Of a stretch of 26,185 nt of DNA, positions 16,211 to 24,368 are shown one piece after another (within the stretch, counting starts at the first letter, position 1; the number at the start of each line of letters is the position of its first letter). A model generated the notes under the pieces. That model was given only the letters and a program-made list of their open reading frames with translations, was not told the origin of the DNA and searched no databases. This stretch comes from Eubacteriales bacterium (GTDB lineage: Bacteria > Bacillota > Clostridia > Oscillospirales > CAG-272), in the NCBI GenBank assembly GCA_045596585.1, contig JAZOCP010000166.1, forward strand, positions 1-26,185, written 5' to 3'. A program made the translations under genes and the position numbers.

Positions 16211-16621
16211 ATGGACAAGCAAGCGTGCTTAGATTTGATAAATAACGCTATTTTAGCAAGAGAAAACGCATATGCTCCATATTCGAAGTACCGAGTAGGG
16301 GCTGCTCTGCTTTCAAATAGCGGTGAGGTTTTCCTCGGTTGTAACATTGAAAACAGCGCTTATTCTGAAACTGTTTGTGGTGAAAGAGTTGCTTTTTTTA
16401 GCGCAATATCTAAAGGTGTGCGCGATTTTAAAGCTATTGCCATTGTCGGTGGCAAGGATGAAATTTGCTCTTTTGCTTCTCCTTGTGGCGCATGCAGACA
16501 GGTAATGCAAGAGTTTTGCGAAGATGGCTTCAAGGTAATCCTTTTCGATGGTAAAGATATAAAGACTTACACGCTTTCCGAGCTACTACCAAGTTGCTTT
16601 AATTCAAGCAATTTGAAATAG
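16211..16621 (+). CDS. cdd: Cytidine deaminase (tetrameric type)
   Basis: AYAPYSKYRVGAAL, GCNIEN, CGERVA and PCGACRQV motifs. True start is ATG 16211 (SD AAGGAG), not 16007. Confidence 0.95.
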   Translation: MDKQACLDLINNAILARENAYAPYSKYRVGAALLSNSGEVFLGCNIENSAYSETVCGERVAFFSAISKGVRDFKAIAIVGGKDEICSFASPCGACRQVMQEFCEDGFKVILFDGKDIKTYTLSELLPSCFNSSNLK

Positions 16622-16656
16622 CAAATTTAAAAAATCAACCACAGGGTGAGGTTTTT

Positions 16657-17955
16657 ATGAGAATTTATGATATTATTGACAAAAAGAGGCACGGGCTTGA
16701 GCTTAACCGTGAGGAAATAGATTTTTTTGTTAGTGGATATATGAGTGGAGATATTGCTGACTATCAAGCATCTGCGCTTTTGATGGCTATTTGTATCAAT
16801 TCAATGACGAAAGAGGAAACCTTTTATTTGACCGATGCTATGATAAAATCAGGTAATGAGCTTGATTTGAGTGTGCTTGGCACAAGCACTGTCGATAAGC
16901 ATAGCACCGGTGGAATTGGTGACAAAACAACACTTATAGTTGCGCCAATTGCTGCATCCCTTGGCTCTGTTGTTGCAAAGATGTCTGGTAGGGGGCTTGG
17001 CTTTACTGGCGGCACTATTGATAAATTAGAATCAGTTGGTGTCAAGGTGGAGATGAACGCCGACGAGTTTTTAAAGCAAGCTGTGGGCACAGGCATTTGC
17101 GTTATTGGACAAAGTGTTTCTCTTTCCCCAGCTGACAAAAAGCTATATGCCCTACGTGATGTTACTGCTACTGTTGAATCTATACCATTAATCGCCTCAA
17201 GCATTATGTCAAAAAAAATTGCAAGTGGCTCAAAATCTATTGTGCTTGATGTAAAGGTTGGCACAGGTGCTTTTATGAAAACGACTGAAAGCGCCAAAGA
17301 GCTTGCTCGTGCAATGATTGAAATAGGTAAGGCGTATGGACGCCGAGTTGTTTGCATAATCAGCGATATGAATGTACCTCTTGGCTCTTGTGTTGGAAAC
17401 AGTCTTGAAATTTGGGAGGCAATAGAGGTTTTAAGTGGGCGCGGTGAAAAAAAGCTTATTGAGCTTTGCACCGAGGTTTCTGCAAATATGGTTTCACTTT
17501 CTCAGGGTATTAAAATTGAAGTGTCAAGAAATCTTGTAAAAGAGGCAATAAATAATGGCTCAGCACTTGAAAAATTCAAGGAATGGATTAAAATTCAAGG
17601 CGGGGACGTGTCGCTAATTGACAAATCAGACAGTCTTTTAGGTGCTAAGTGCGTGTATGAAATCAAAGCTGATTTTTGTGGCTATATTGATAAGCTTGAT
17701 GCTGAAAAAATCGGTATTGCATCAATGTCGCTTGGTGCAGGCAGAAAGACCAAGGAGGACAAAATCGACCCGCTTGCAGGTGTTGTTTTGAACAAAACCT
17801 ATGGCGATTATGTAAAACATGGTGATTTAATTGCTACTCTTTATTCAAGCGACTCTTCTCTTTTTTCAGATAGTGAAGAAATTTTATTATCAGCACTTTC
17901 CGTGTCAGAAAACAAGCCTTATGAGAAGACTTTAATTTATGATATAATTAAATAA
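16657..17955 (+). CDS. pdp: Pyrimidine-nucleoside (thymidine) phosphorylase
   Basis: DKHSTGGIGDKT, KMSGRGLGFTGGTIDKLES, ADKKLYALRDVTATV, SSIMSKKIA and LDVKVG motifs. Confidence 0.96.
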   Translation: MRIYDIIDKKRHGLELNREEIDFFVSGYMSGDIADYQASALLMAICINSMTKEETFYLTDAMIKSGNELDLSVLGTSTVDKHSTGGIGDKTTLIVAPIAASLGSVVAKMSGRGLGFTGGTIDKLESVGVKVEMNADEFLKQAVGTGICVIGQSVSLSPADKKLYALRDVTATVESIPLIASSIMSKKIASGSKSIVLDVKVGTGAFMKTTESAKELARAMIEIGKAYGRRVVCIISDMNVPLGSCVGNSLEIWEAIEVLSGRGEKKLIELCTEVSANMVSLSQGIKIEVSRNLVKEAINNGSALEKFKEWIKIQGGDVSLIDKSDSLLGAKCVYEIKADFCGYIDKLDAEKIGIASMSLGAGRKTKEDKIDPLAGVVLNKTYGDYVKHGDLIATLYSSDSSLFSDSEEILLSALSVSENKPYEKTLIYDIIK

Positions 17956-17982
17956 CACTTTCAATCCCTTTTGCATAATATA
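17954..17982 (+). promoter_or_regulatory. Putative mother-cell sporulation (SigE/SigK-like) promoter for spoVM
   Basis: aACa (17954-57)-N16-CATAataTA (17974-82) matches the B. subtilis SigK-type AC..CATAnnnTA consensus; the -10 is also SigE-like. Confidence 0.6.
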
Positions 17983-18005
17983 GTATAAAAGGAAGGGTGA
18001 ACTAT

Positions 18006-18089
18006 ATGAAAATTGTTATTTTTAAATCACCAAGGCTTCTTGTTCCGTTTCTTAGGCGAATCTTTAAAATCTCAAAAGGCGACAAATAG
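18006..18089 (+). CDS. spoVM: Stage V sporulation protein M (27 aa), missed by the ORF track
   Basis: MKIVIFKSPRLLVPFLRRIFKISKGDK aligns without gaps to B. subtilis SpoVM (K2, K7, P9, K/R10, L12, R17); SD-like GGAAGGGTG; terminator immediately downstream. Confidence 0.85.
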   Translation: MKIVIFKSPRLLVPFLRRIFKISKGDK

Positions 18090-18094
18090 CCTTG

Positions 18095-18124
18095 AAAAAA
18101 GAGGGGTCAATCCCCCTCTTTTTT
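18095..18124. terminator. Bidirectional intrinsic terminator
   Basis: AAAAAAGAGGGG-tcaatc-CCCCTCTTTTTT between the convergent spoVM and alpha-galactosidase genes. Confidence 0.88.
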
Positions 18125-19862
18125 AATATATAGATATCATACCACCATTTGGTAAATTTATTTTATTTACGCCCATTGAAGCTATGCCACTATTGATTTT
18201 TTCGCCAAACATATTATATACCTCATATAAGGCTTGGCGAGTAGAATCAATATATACTACATCCTTGCCTGTTGCATTGAAGATATATGTTTTAAAGGAA
18301 TTATGTAGGCTTGTAATACCCTGTTGATAAAGCACCTCGACAACCTCATTTTTGCCAGTTGCACTTGCTTTTGTATAGTTTGCCTCCATATCCTCAACTT
18401 GGATTTCGCCCTCTAAGATAGTTTCCTTATGTGAGGACCAAAAATCAAGGAAATTCTTGAGTATTTTCTTGTGATCGCTTGTTATATTATCGAAGCGAAC
18501 TGAAATTTGAGGAACTGTGAACATTATTCCAAGAAGCTGATACATAAGAGCTTCATTTTTCTCGTCCTTATTCCACATAAGCATATCGCTATGTACAGCA
18601 CTATTTAAAAGTGCAAGACGCATATTAAGTGAATGAGTACGATTCACAAGTGGGTCGTTTGGACAGTCACCAACTCTAAACATATTTCCATATTTACTGA
18701 TTGCAGGTCCAACATAGGACTGCCTAAATTCAATTAGAAAATCAGGATTTATGCTCTTTAGTCTTTGGCTAATTTCAGAAAGAAGTATTTCAATAGCCTC
18801 ATCAACCGAGGTGGTTGTCATTTTTTCATAATTTTCAGAGCTTGATTCACTTAAAGTAAAATCATCAATAAAGTCAAGCTTTAATCCATCTATTTGATAA
18901 TCGTTAACAAATCGCTCATATGTACTAACTAAAAACTCTCTCACCTCGGGAAAACGTGGGTCAAGCACCATTGCGTTCATTCTTGGCTTGCTTTTTAAAT
19001 ACATTCCCTCAAATCTTTTATAGTTTTTACTATAAATACCAACGAAAGGAACACTAAACCATAGCATAAATTTCATACCAAGCGCGTGAACATCATTTAC
19101 AAAGTCCTTCATGCTTGGAATTTTCTTTTTGCAAACCTCCCAGTCACCACAATAGCCATAGCCACGCGCACCATCATCAGTTTGCCAACCATCATCGACT
19201 ATCAAGACCTCCATTCCAAGGGATTTTGCCACCTTACATTCCTTAATTATTTTTTCAGGAATTGTATCTTGATGGAAGCTATACCACGCGGAATATAGTG
19301 GCATTTTTGCTTCCCTTGGTGTATAGGCATGAGTATAACCGTGCTCTCCCCACCAAATTGACACATCCTTTATGGTTTTTGAATATGGAAGCTCGCGATA
19401 ATCAAGCAAAAATTCAGCCTCATAGCTTGAAATTTTAGCTGTTTTTTCTGTAAATAATCTTATTTCATATTTAAGAGTTGAATTTTCCTCAACTACGCCA
19501 GCCTTAAGTGATACTGGAATTTTAGGGTCGGAAAATGCAATTGTTAGCTTGTTTGTGCCCTGCTTGTTAACTAAAACGCATACAGGCATACCACTTGTTA
19601 GCTTACTGTTTGCTGTGTTCATAGACCAGTCTGGTCTTAAATATGACTCGAAATGATGCATCGGTGACCAAAACGCAAGGGTGTCAATAAGTGGCTCATA
19701 CCACGTAATTGTATATTCCTCTGGCATTACTTCTCCATCATATTCAATTTTTAATTTATATTTTGACACCTCACCATTAAATGCCCTTGTTATTGATTCA
19801 CATTTTACAGGACTTTTAGTAGTTGTTTCAAAGCAAAGTTTATCAAATGTAAAGCTTGCCAT
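18123..19862 (-). CDS. Alpha-galactosidase-like glycoside hydrolase (GH36 / clan GH-D)
   Basis: YSAWYSFH, IVDDGWQ, GDWEV, KFMLWF, LDPRFPEV and GLKLDFID (nucleophile Asp) motifs; SD AAAGGAG; no signal peptide. Confidence 0.85.
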   Translation of the reverse strand: MASFTFDKLCFETTTKSPVKCESITRAFNGEVSKYKLKIEYDGEVMPEEYTITWYEPLIDTLAFWSPMHHFESYLRPDWSMNTANSKLTSGMPVCVLVNKQGTNKLTIAFSDPKIPVSLKAGVVEENSTLKYEIRLFTEKTAKISSYEAEFLLDYRELPYSKTIKDVSIWWGEHGYTHAYTPREAKMPLYSAWYSFHQDTIPEKIIKECKVAKSLGMEVLIVDDGWQTDDGARGYGYCGDWEVCKKKIPSMKDFVNDVHALGMKFMLWFSVPFVGIYSKNYKRFEGMYLKSKPRMNAMVLDPRFPEVREFLVSTYERFVNDYQIDGLKLDFIDDFTLSESSSENYEKMTTTSVDEAIEILLSEISQRLKSINPDFLIEFRQSYVGPAISKYGNMFRVGDCPNDPLVNRTHSLNMRLALLNSAVHSDMLMWNKDEKNEALMYQLLGIMFTVPQISVRFDNITSDHKKILKNFLDFWSSHKETILEGEIQVEDMEANYTKASATGKNEVVEVLYQQGITSLHNSFKTYIFNATGKDVVYIDSTRQALYEVYNMFGEKINSGIASMGVNKINLPNGGMISIY

Positions 19863-19881
19863 AATTGCTCCTTTATTAGTT

Positions 19882-19911
19882 AGGCTATCGAGTTATCGAT
19901 AGCCTTTTTTT
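19882..19911 (+). terminator. Perfect 10-bp stem-loop with its T-tract on the + strand (antisense to both flanking genes)
   Basis: AGGCTATCGA-gtta-TCGATAGCCT-TTTTTT; on the coding (-) strand it is followed by AACTAATAAAGGAG, with no U-tract. Confidence 0.5.
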
Positions 19912-20575
19912 ATTCTCTTATTAGCTCGTATGTGCCATCTTTAAGGATTTTTATTAACTCTTCCATGCTTTTAATTTCATACTCGGTTCTTATACCAGCA
20001 TTGGCAGGAACGTGGTTGTAATGAAAATCAGTTCCTGAGGTTTTAATTAAGCCATATTTTTCTGCCCATAGATTTGCAATTTCATTTCTTGAGTCGTGAC
20101 CCTTGTGTCCATTATAAACCTCAACACCATCAAGAAGGTCTGGGCGAACTATTTTCATTGAATTTCTAAATGGGTGTGCTTGAATAAATAAAAGACCGTT
20201 TTCTCTTGCAATTTTAGAAAAGCTCTCTGGGTTTAAATCAAACAATCCCTCGTTTTCGCGCAAGAATTTTTCGTCAATTCCAAAAACTAAATAGTCGTTT
20301 GAATTTTCCTTAAATCTAAGCTCCATTGCGAGCAGAACTATTAGCTTACCCTCAGCATCTCTTTTTAAATCCTCATAGCCCTTTAGATAAGCAGTAACAA
20401 AGGCTTGGTAGTCATTATCACATTTATGAAAGCACTGTGTACCATAATTAAAATGGTTAGAAAGCACTAAGGTTTTATAGCCAGCCTCGGTATATTTTTG
20501 AATAATTTCCTCGTTTGATACGCTTGCACACTCACTTACGCTTTTTGAGTGGCAATGCAATTCTGTCTTGAACAT
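19910..20575 (-). CDS. PHP-domain phosphoesterase
   Basis: ELHCHS, VLSNH, AMELR, QAHPFR, VEVYNGH and GTDFH metal-ligand motifs. ATG 20575 preferred (SD AAAGGAG). Confidence 0.88.
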   Translation of the reverse strand: MFKTELHCHSKSVSECASVSNEEIIQKYTEAGYKTLVLSNHFNYGTQCFHKCDNDYQAFVTAYLKGYEDLKRDAEGKLIVLLAMELRFKENSNDYLVFGIDEKFLRENEGLFDLNPESFSKIARENGLLFIQAHPFRNSMKIVRPDLLDGVEVYNGHKGHDSRNEIANLWAEKYGLIKTSGTDFHYNHVPANAGIRTEYEIKSMEELIKILKDGTYELIRE

Positions 20576-20648
20576 TTTTTCTCCTTTTGCCATTTTGTAA
20601 ATTGGAGCTATGTGTGCTTTTTTATTTAAAATCGCACACAGGGTTCAC

Positions 20649-21581
20649 TTATTTCCATTTTGGTTTGTTTTTTAAAGTTGTATAAAGCTCACAATAGCTT
20701 TGATGTCTTGTGGCTTCAATTTTCCCCTCTTTAACAAGTGAAATAACCTTGCAGCCATCCTCCTTTGTGTGAGAGCATTTTGTATATTTGCACTCACCCA
20801 CGCACTCCTTAAAATCTCTAAAGGTATCAAATAAATCCTCAAGAGAAAAGAAATCAAAGCGCTCAAAATCAAGAAGTGAAAAGCCTGGGGTGTCGGCTAA
20901 ATAGCCATTATATTCCTCGCCTAAAAGCTCACTAAGTGGGAACAGCTCTGTATGACGAGTAGTGTTTTTTCCCCTCTCTATTTTCTCACTTAAATCTCCA
21001 GTTTGAAGGTTCAAGGTTGGGAAAAGTACATTCATAAGTGTGCTTTTTCCAGCACCCGAGGCGCCTGCGAATGCACAAATAGGAGCATTATCCTTGGTAA
21101 TTTCCTTTAAGAACTCACAAAGTGGGGTAGTGCCCATTTGTAGCTGTGAAGATGTGATAAAGGTTTTAAAGCCACTATTTTTATAAATGTTATAAATTTT
21201 CTCGCTAAATTCACTATCAAGGTCTGATTTTGAAATTACAATGACTGGCTCAATTTTATTATACTCAGCTATTGAAATCATTTTATCAACTATAAAAAGC
21301 GAGGGGGTTGGTTTTTTTGATGAAATTACTATAAATATGTAATCAAGGTTAGCAAGAGGTGGACGAATAAGGGAATTTTTTCTTTCAAGAATTCTTTTTG
21401 AGAAAAATGTGCCCTCGCTTGTCGGCTCAACCTCTATTCTATCTCCTGCCAAAAGCAGAGTTTTTTCATAACGAAATGAGCCTCTACCTCTTACAGTTAC
21501 ATATTCCTCATCATTATATTTCGAGTCAAGACGGACAGTATATAGTCCACCAACTCCTTTTATAACTGTTCCTTTTATCAT
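20649..21581 (-). CDS. rsgA: Ribosome small subunit-dependent GTPase A (CpgA)
   Basis: Circularly permuted GTPase motif order SKSDL, GASGAGKST, GKNTTRH, DTPGF; Zn finger CKYTKCSHTKEDGC. Confidence 0.96.
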   Translation of the reverse strand: MIKGTVIKGVGGLYTVRLDSKYNDEEYVTVRGRGSFRYEKTLLLAGDRIEVEPTSEGTFFSKRILERKNSLIRPPLANLDYIFIVISSKKPTPSLFIVDKMISIAEYNKIEPVIVISKSDLDSEFSEKIYNIYKNSGFKTFITSSQLQMGTTPLCEFLKEITKDNAPICAFAGASGAGKSTLMNVLFPTLNLQTGDLSEKIERGKNTTRHTELFPLSELLGEEYNGYLADTPGFSLLDFERFDFFSLEDLFDTFRDFKECVGECKYTKCSHTKEDGCKVISLVKEGKIEATRHQSYCELYTTLKNKPKWK

Positions 21582-22528
21582 TTGTCCTTCTTTTGAAAAA
21601 ATCTTTTTACTCTGCCCCAGAAATTCTGCATAGCAGTATTTGAAGGGAGCTCATCAAATTTTATTTTTTTGTCTGATTGGAAACGCTTAATATAATTTAA
21701 CATTTCATCTGCTGTTTGGAAACGATTTGCTGGGTCCTTGCTCATTGCACACATAATAATTTGCTCAAGTCCGATAGGAATTGATGGGTTTACCTGTCTT
21801 GGCGGAACAGGCTCCTCTTGTATGTGCTTATATAGAACCTGTAACGGTGTTTCGCCCTTGAATGGTGTGCGTCCAGTTGCAAGCTCATACATCATAGCAC
21901 CAAGGGAATAAATATCACTTCTTGTGTCTATGTTTTTCTTTCCACTTGCTTGCTCTGGACTCATATAATAAACAGTTCCTACTGCCTTATCTGTAACTGT
22001 AATTGTTTCAGCATCTGGTAGCTTTGCAATACCAAAATCCATGACCTTTATGCGTCCATTTTCAAGAACCATAATGTTTTGTGGCTTGATATCTCTATGA
22101 ATTATGCCATTACGATGTGCCTCAGAAAGCGCACGAAGAATTTGTGCTGTGTAGCTTGCAATTTCGTCCGTTCTTAATGGCTCTCCCTTTGCTGTCATAT
22201 AGCTCTTTAGAGTAATGCCATAAAGGAACTCCATTACCATATATTTAATTCTGCCCTTTATTGAAACATTGTGGACTGCAACAATATTATTGTGCTTTAA
22301 TGTGCCCTCTGCCTTTGACTCGTTTTTAAATCTCTTTACTACTATCTCGTCAGTAGCTACATCGTCCTTTAGGATTTTAATTGCCACGGTCATATTGTTA
22401 AGGTAGGTATCTCTGGCTCTAAACACAACAGCCATTCCACCGACACCTATTAGCTTGTCGATAATATATCTATCGTCAAGTATTTTATTCTCGTATTGCT
22501 TATATTTCTCGTATTTATCTTTTGACAT
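21578..22528 (-). CDS. prkC: Hanks-type Ser/Thr kinase in the PrkC/Stk1 position; kinase domain only
   Basis: GVGGMAVV, VAIKILK, HRDIKPQN, DFGIA and GTVYYMSPEQ motifs; lies between a PP2C gene and rsgA; only 316 aa. Confidence 0.9.
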   Translation of the reverse strand: MSKDKYEKYKQYENKILDDRYIIDKLIGVGGMAVVFRARDTYLNNMTVAIKILKDDVATDEIVVKRFKNESKAEGTLKHNNIVAVHNVSIKGRIKYMVMEFLYGITLKSYMTAKGEPLRTDEIASYTAQILRALSEAHRNGIIHRDIKPQNIMVLENGRIKVMDFGIAKLPDAETITVTDKAVGTVYYMSPEQASGKKNIDTRSDIYSLGAMMYELATGRTPFKGETPLQVLYKHIQEEPVPPRQVNPSIPIGLEQIIMCAMSKDPANRFQTADEMLNYIKRFQSDKKIKFDELPSNTAMQNFWGRVKRFFQKKDK

Positions 22529-22545
22529 ATTGGCAACCTCCCCCC

Positions 22546-23322
22546 CTAAATTCTTACAAGTAGTGCAGTTATGTTGTCATATCCGCCATTTTCATTTGCT
22601 GTGTCAATAAGTCTTCTTACCTTGAGGTCAAGCTCTACCTGATCTACGCGTGATGCATTGCGCTCATTTGAAACTATATCACAAATTGTCGCCTCATCTA
22701 CCATATTAGTTAAGCCGTCTGTGCATAGTAGCAAATAGCTACCCTCCTCGAGCTTTACAGTGTAAATATCACCCTCAACAAAAATTTCAGTACCAACTGC
22801 TCTTGTTATAATATTCTTTTTTGAGGAGCTTTCAGCCTCCTCCTTAGTCATTTTTCCTTGGTCAACCAAAAGCTGAACAAAGGAATGGTCCTTTGTGATT
22901 TGTCTAATTGTACTACCCTTTAATGAGTATAAACGGCTATCACCTACATTTATGCAAAATAGCACCTTGTCAATTATAAGTGCGCCAACGAGCGTTGTAC
23001 CCATATTTTTGTGGTCCTTACTACTTTTAGCAGTTAGATAAACCTTTTCATTGGCTATGTCAACACCTCTTGCAAGTGCTCTTTTTATATCGCTTGTGCT
23101 TACTTGTCTGTCTCTGTTTCTAAGGTATGGAATAATAAATTGGTCAACAGTATGTACAAATTCCTTTGCTGCAATAGCTGATGCCTCTTCTCCACCCTTG
23201 GCACCGCCCATACCATCACATACCACGCAAAGGGTTGTTTTTTCAGTATATTTGCGAAGCATATAATTGTCCTGATTATTTTCGCGCTTCATGCCCGCAT
23301 TTGTATCAGCTGAACAAATCAT
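22546..23322 (-). CDS. prpC: PP2C-family Ser/Thr phosphatase (PrpC/Stp1)
   Basis: RENNQD, VCDGMGG, MGTT, NVGDSRLY, TKDHS, NIITRAVG, CTDGLT and GYDNIT motifs. Confidence 0.95.
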   Translation of the reverse strand: MICSADTNAGMKRENNQDNYMLRKYTEKTTLCVVCDGMGGAKGGEEASAIAAKEFVHTVDQFIIPYLRNRDRQVSTSDIKRALARGVDIANEKVYLTAKSSKDHKNMGTTLVGALIIDKVLFCINVGDSRLYSLKGSTIRQITKDHSFVQLLVDQGKMTKEEAESSSKKNIITRAVGTEIFVEGDIYTVKLEEGSYLLLCTDGLTNMVDEATICDIVSNERNASRVDQVELDLKVRRLIDTANENGGYDNITALLVRI

Positions 23323-24368
23323 TTATTCTCCTCCTTTGCACCTTTTCTTAATTGTCCACACGAGGCATTTATGTCAGAGCCAAGACGACGTCTGACCGTT
23401 GCATTTATGCCAAGTGAAATTAGCTTGTTTTTAAAGCCTGTCACATTTTTAGAGGTGGAAAGCTTTGTTTCCTTAACCTCGTTTAATGGAATTAGGTTTA
23501 CGTGACATGGCGAATGTATATACTTTTTAATAATTGCGGCCAAACGACAAGCACCCTCTATTGTATCGTTTTTGCCCTCTATCAAGGTGTACTCAAATGA
23601 GATACGTCTTGATGTTTTTTCAAAATATTTTTGGCATGCTGTAAGCAATTTTTCAATTGGGTATTTTTTGTTTACAGGCATAATTTCGCTTCTTACATCG
23701 TTATCATAAGCGTGTAGAGAAATTGAGAGTGTAATTGGCAAGCCCTCACCTGACAATCTCTCAATTTTGTCAACTAAGCCACAGGTAGAAACGGAAATAT
23801 GGCGAAGCCCAATATTAAGTCCATTTTCTGAGCTTACAAGATGTAAAAATTTTATTGTGTTATCGTAGTTATCAAGTGGCTCACCTATTCCCATCATAAC
23901 AACATTGGAAATACGCTCACCTGTATCTTTTTCGGCAGAAATTATTTGTCCAAGCATTTCAGATGGAGCTAAATCTCTTGTCTTTCCAAGCAAGGTTGAG
24001 GCGCAAAACTTGCAGCCCATTAGGCAACCAACCTGTGAGGAAATACACAGTGTGTTTCCGTGCTCATATCTCATAAACACAGACTCTATAAGCTCTCCGT
24101 CATAAAGCTTAAACAAATATTTAATTGTGCCATCAATTGAAGAAACGAGCTTTCTTTCAACGCTTGGTAGCTTGTAAATAAAATGCTCCTCGAGCTTTTG
24201 GCGTAGCTGTAGGGGGATGTTTCTCATTTCCTCACCCCATGCGCCCTTATTTATCCAGCCAAAGACTTGCTTTGCACGGAATTTAGGCTCACCAAGGCTT
24301 ATAATTTCTTTTTCAAGCTCCTCATAAGAGAGCGATAAAATATCAATTTTTTGAAGGCTATTCGTCAT
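23319..24368 (-). CDS. rlmN: 23S rRNA m2A2503 methyltransferase RlmN
   Basis: CISSQVGCLMGCKFC (radical SAM), VMMGIGEPLDN, SLH, FEY and DINASCGQL motifs. Confidence 0.96.
   Translation of the reverse strand: MTNSLQKIDILSLSYEELEKEIISLGEPKFRAKQVFGWINKGAWGEEMRNIPLQLRQKLEEHFIYKLPSVERKLVSSIDGTIKYLFKLYDGELIESVFMRYEHGNTLCISSQVGCLMGCKFCASTLLGKTRDLAPSEMLGQIISAEKDTGERISNVVMMGIGEPLDNYDNTIKFLHLVSSENGLNIGLRHISVSTCGLVDKIERLSGEGLPITLSISLHAYDNDVRSEIMPVNKKYPIEKLLTACQKYFEKTSRRISFEYTLIEGKNDTIEGACRLAAIIKKYIHSPCHVNLIPLNEVKETKLSTSKNVTGFKNKLISLGINATVRRRLGSDINASCGQLRKGAKEENK

Noticed and set aside
207-24105. Remaining short ORFs in the track nested in or antisense to the called genes (e.g. 10396, 13968, 14997, 16824, 19086, 23905; also 24782)
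   Set aside because: Fully overlap well-supported conserved genes, with no independent SD or motif evidence.
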